Translations under genes and position numbers: made by a program
In this document: piece by piece, positions 62,101 to 64,000 of the stretch
How positions within the stretch are numbered: position 1 is the stretch's first letter
Layout of the letters: each line of letters begins with the position of its first letter
Assembly (NCBI GenBank): GCA_009103225.1
Contig: RHPI01001292.1
Location: forward strand, 225,243-289,242
Source of the DNA: Chlorokybus atmophyticus
Taxonomy: Eukaryota; Plantae; Mesostigma and Chlorokybus algae
Direction: 5' to 3'
Length of the DNA stretch: 64,000 nucleotides
Notes under the pieces: generated by a model
Databases searched by the model: none
Told to the model about the DNA's origin: nothing
What the model saw: the letters and a program-made list of their open reading frames with translations, nothing else

Positions 62101-64000
62101 ACTACAGAGATGAACCGAGCCTCAACAAGACCTTGTGGTATTCAAATATTTTTTATAGTATGTTTTTTTAGTTTTTGGTTAGTTAGCCTCAACAAGCAGA
62201 CGTTAAAATGCAATTAAATATGGTTTGAATCAACCAAGTTGCTAATGCAAAATGTGTGCAGTGACTTTAATGATCGTTATTTTTAATTCTTATCTTTTTT
62301 AACCTTGTTGCAGATTTAGACGCGTTTAGCGAGGTAGCCAAAGTGCGCGTTGAGTGCGCAGCCGCGCTGACGCTCATATGAGCCTTCTGGCCCTTTGTAC
62401 CTATTTTTGATGGCTAAGTTATTGCCAATAGAGTTGTGGCCTTGATCATGTTGGTGTGGTGCCTGGTTAATGAGGTGAAAGTGTATATTAAATAGAAGCA
62501 CAAGTGTACATTACACATAAGCACAAGGCCCTGACACATAAGAGCATTGCAACTTACCGGTTGACATGTAACAAATATGCGATACAAGAGTTAATTAATG
62601 CTTTCCAAGTTAACAAGGCCTTGCATATGCTATATATGCTTGCACTGGTTGGTTGGTTGAAGCCGTACAGACGCATTTTGAAGTACAGTCTTTGCGGCAA
62701 CATACGCTAAATTTCATCCACTCTTCAGTGATGCCGTTGTTGCACTGACCGAGATGGAGTATATATTGTGTTGGAACGCCGCAATCTTCAGCTATCTCCT
62801 TCTTGCCCCATTGGTGAAATGCATGATGACCTTATACTTAGCACAAAAGTTGTGAGCCCAAGCTTAACGCCATGGGGTCTAATGCGACTTATGCTAAAAG
62901 CCTTGCAAACTTGTAGTTAGCAAGGAGGCAGCAATTAAATATCATGCTTCATGCATTTTTACCTTTTCTTTCGTACAAGCTTAAGCTTTCTTTTGTACAA
63001 GCTTATACAAGAATGGATTGGTGCCAGGCGCGCAGGCTGATGCCGGGTTGCCGTATCCAAGGTGAGTGGCAAGTTGCCACTGGCAACCTGTGCAAGGGCA
63101 CGAAGATAGTCCTTCGCGTATAAAGGCAAGGCTTATAATCTCAACTTTAAGGGTAGCAGTTGCAAACTGTTTAAATGGCATTGTCGAAGATGTGCACTGC
63201 CGCAGTTAAGGGAACGTTCCGAACCACCATCATATTGTTCTAATCGATGTAGGGTACTCTATCAATATTTCAGTTACTTCTTGATATGGGTGCATTTGCA
63301 CCCAACTGTTATTATAAAGGTCTATCATTCGCGCCTAGGCTTGTGGTGATAATAATGAGAATGCACCGTTGGAGCACATCACGCGAGTCCAGACTTTTAG
63401 ATAAAGGTACACTTAAGCTGCACTATGAAGTCCCCACGCAATGCACACTACTTGTATTTGTTTATAAGCTTGCGCACAAGCTTCAAATATCATATTATGT
63501 GTCAAGCTTTGGCAATCATTATATTGTGACACTGGGCAAGTACAACATCGTAACGCTTGACATCACAAGAAAATCACAAACACTTATATCATGATATCAC
63601 ATGATTCTGTAAAATACGCTTTATAGACAAAACCCATTGACGTGCGGATTCACGTATTGTAAATGCTGACTCGTTACTCATTATGTATGTTAACAAGTGC
63701 GGTTGGTGCGCAGCCAATGCCTATTGCCTGATAATAATGTTAACCAGGTTATATATTTGCTAAAAGATATGACTAAATTATATTACATAAGTGTATTCTA
63801 TAAGCGCTTGAGCATGGCAATGCTATTTGAATGAAATGTTGCGCTCTCACCCGTATCATAAAAAGTATGCGTTAATTGCACTTTCCCGACCGTGCATGCA
63901 TGTGGGACATGCGCAGCACATGCAATTTTATGTAAAAAGCTTGTGGCATGTGGGCCACATGCTATGATATGGCTTTACCAACATGCGATCGCGGCACAAT
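59200..64000. mobile_element. AT-rich gene-free region, probably degenerate transposon remnants
   Basis: Abrupt compositional drop, no long ORFs, short GC-rich inverted repeats (60457-60485) and a broken SWIM-like motif at about 62635-62690. No intact TE domain recognised. Confidence 0.3.

Overview
Eukaryotic nuclear DNA, intron-rich, from a flagellate green alga. Streptophyte-type genes (GNOM/GBF1, PATROL1/unc-13, ITIH-like VWA, ANT-linker AP2) together with the ciliary dynein-assembly factor DNAAF4 suggest an early-diverging streptophyte such as Chlorokybus or Mesostigma; this is inference. About 13 spliced genes were reconstructed by hand: GBF1/GNOM (5' end), TFB5, NDUFA1, SAC3/GANP, VIT-VWA protein, PsbS, DNAAF4, two unknown proteins, a double-AP2 transcription factor, PEX2, ROF1/FKBP62 and PATROL1. 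There is also a PsbS pseudogene, microsatellites, assembly Ns and AT-rich degenerate repeat DNA. Most notable: (1) TFB5 stops only 50 nt upstream of the first GBF1/GNOM ATG on the same strand, a candidate bicistronic locus; (2) a head-to-head inverted PsbS duplication whose left copy has three frameshifts, a dead splice donor and CpG-decay substitutions; (3) at least four frame-required GC-AG introns; (4) tandem hairpins with independently complementary outer stems, and a 40-bp perfect palindrome in the PEX2/ROF1 divergent promoter. Family assignments are from remembered homolog motifs, not database searches.
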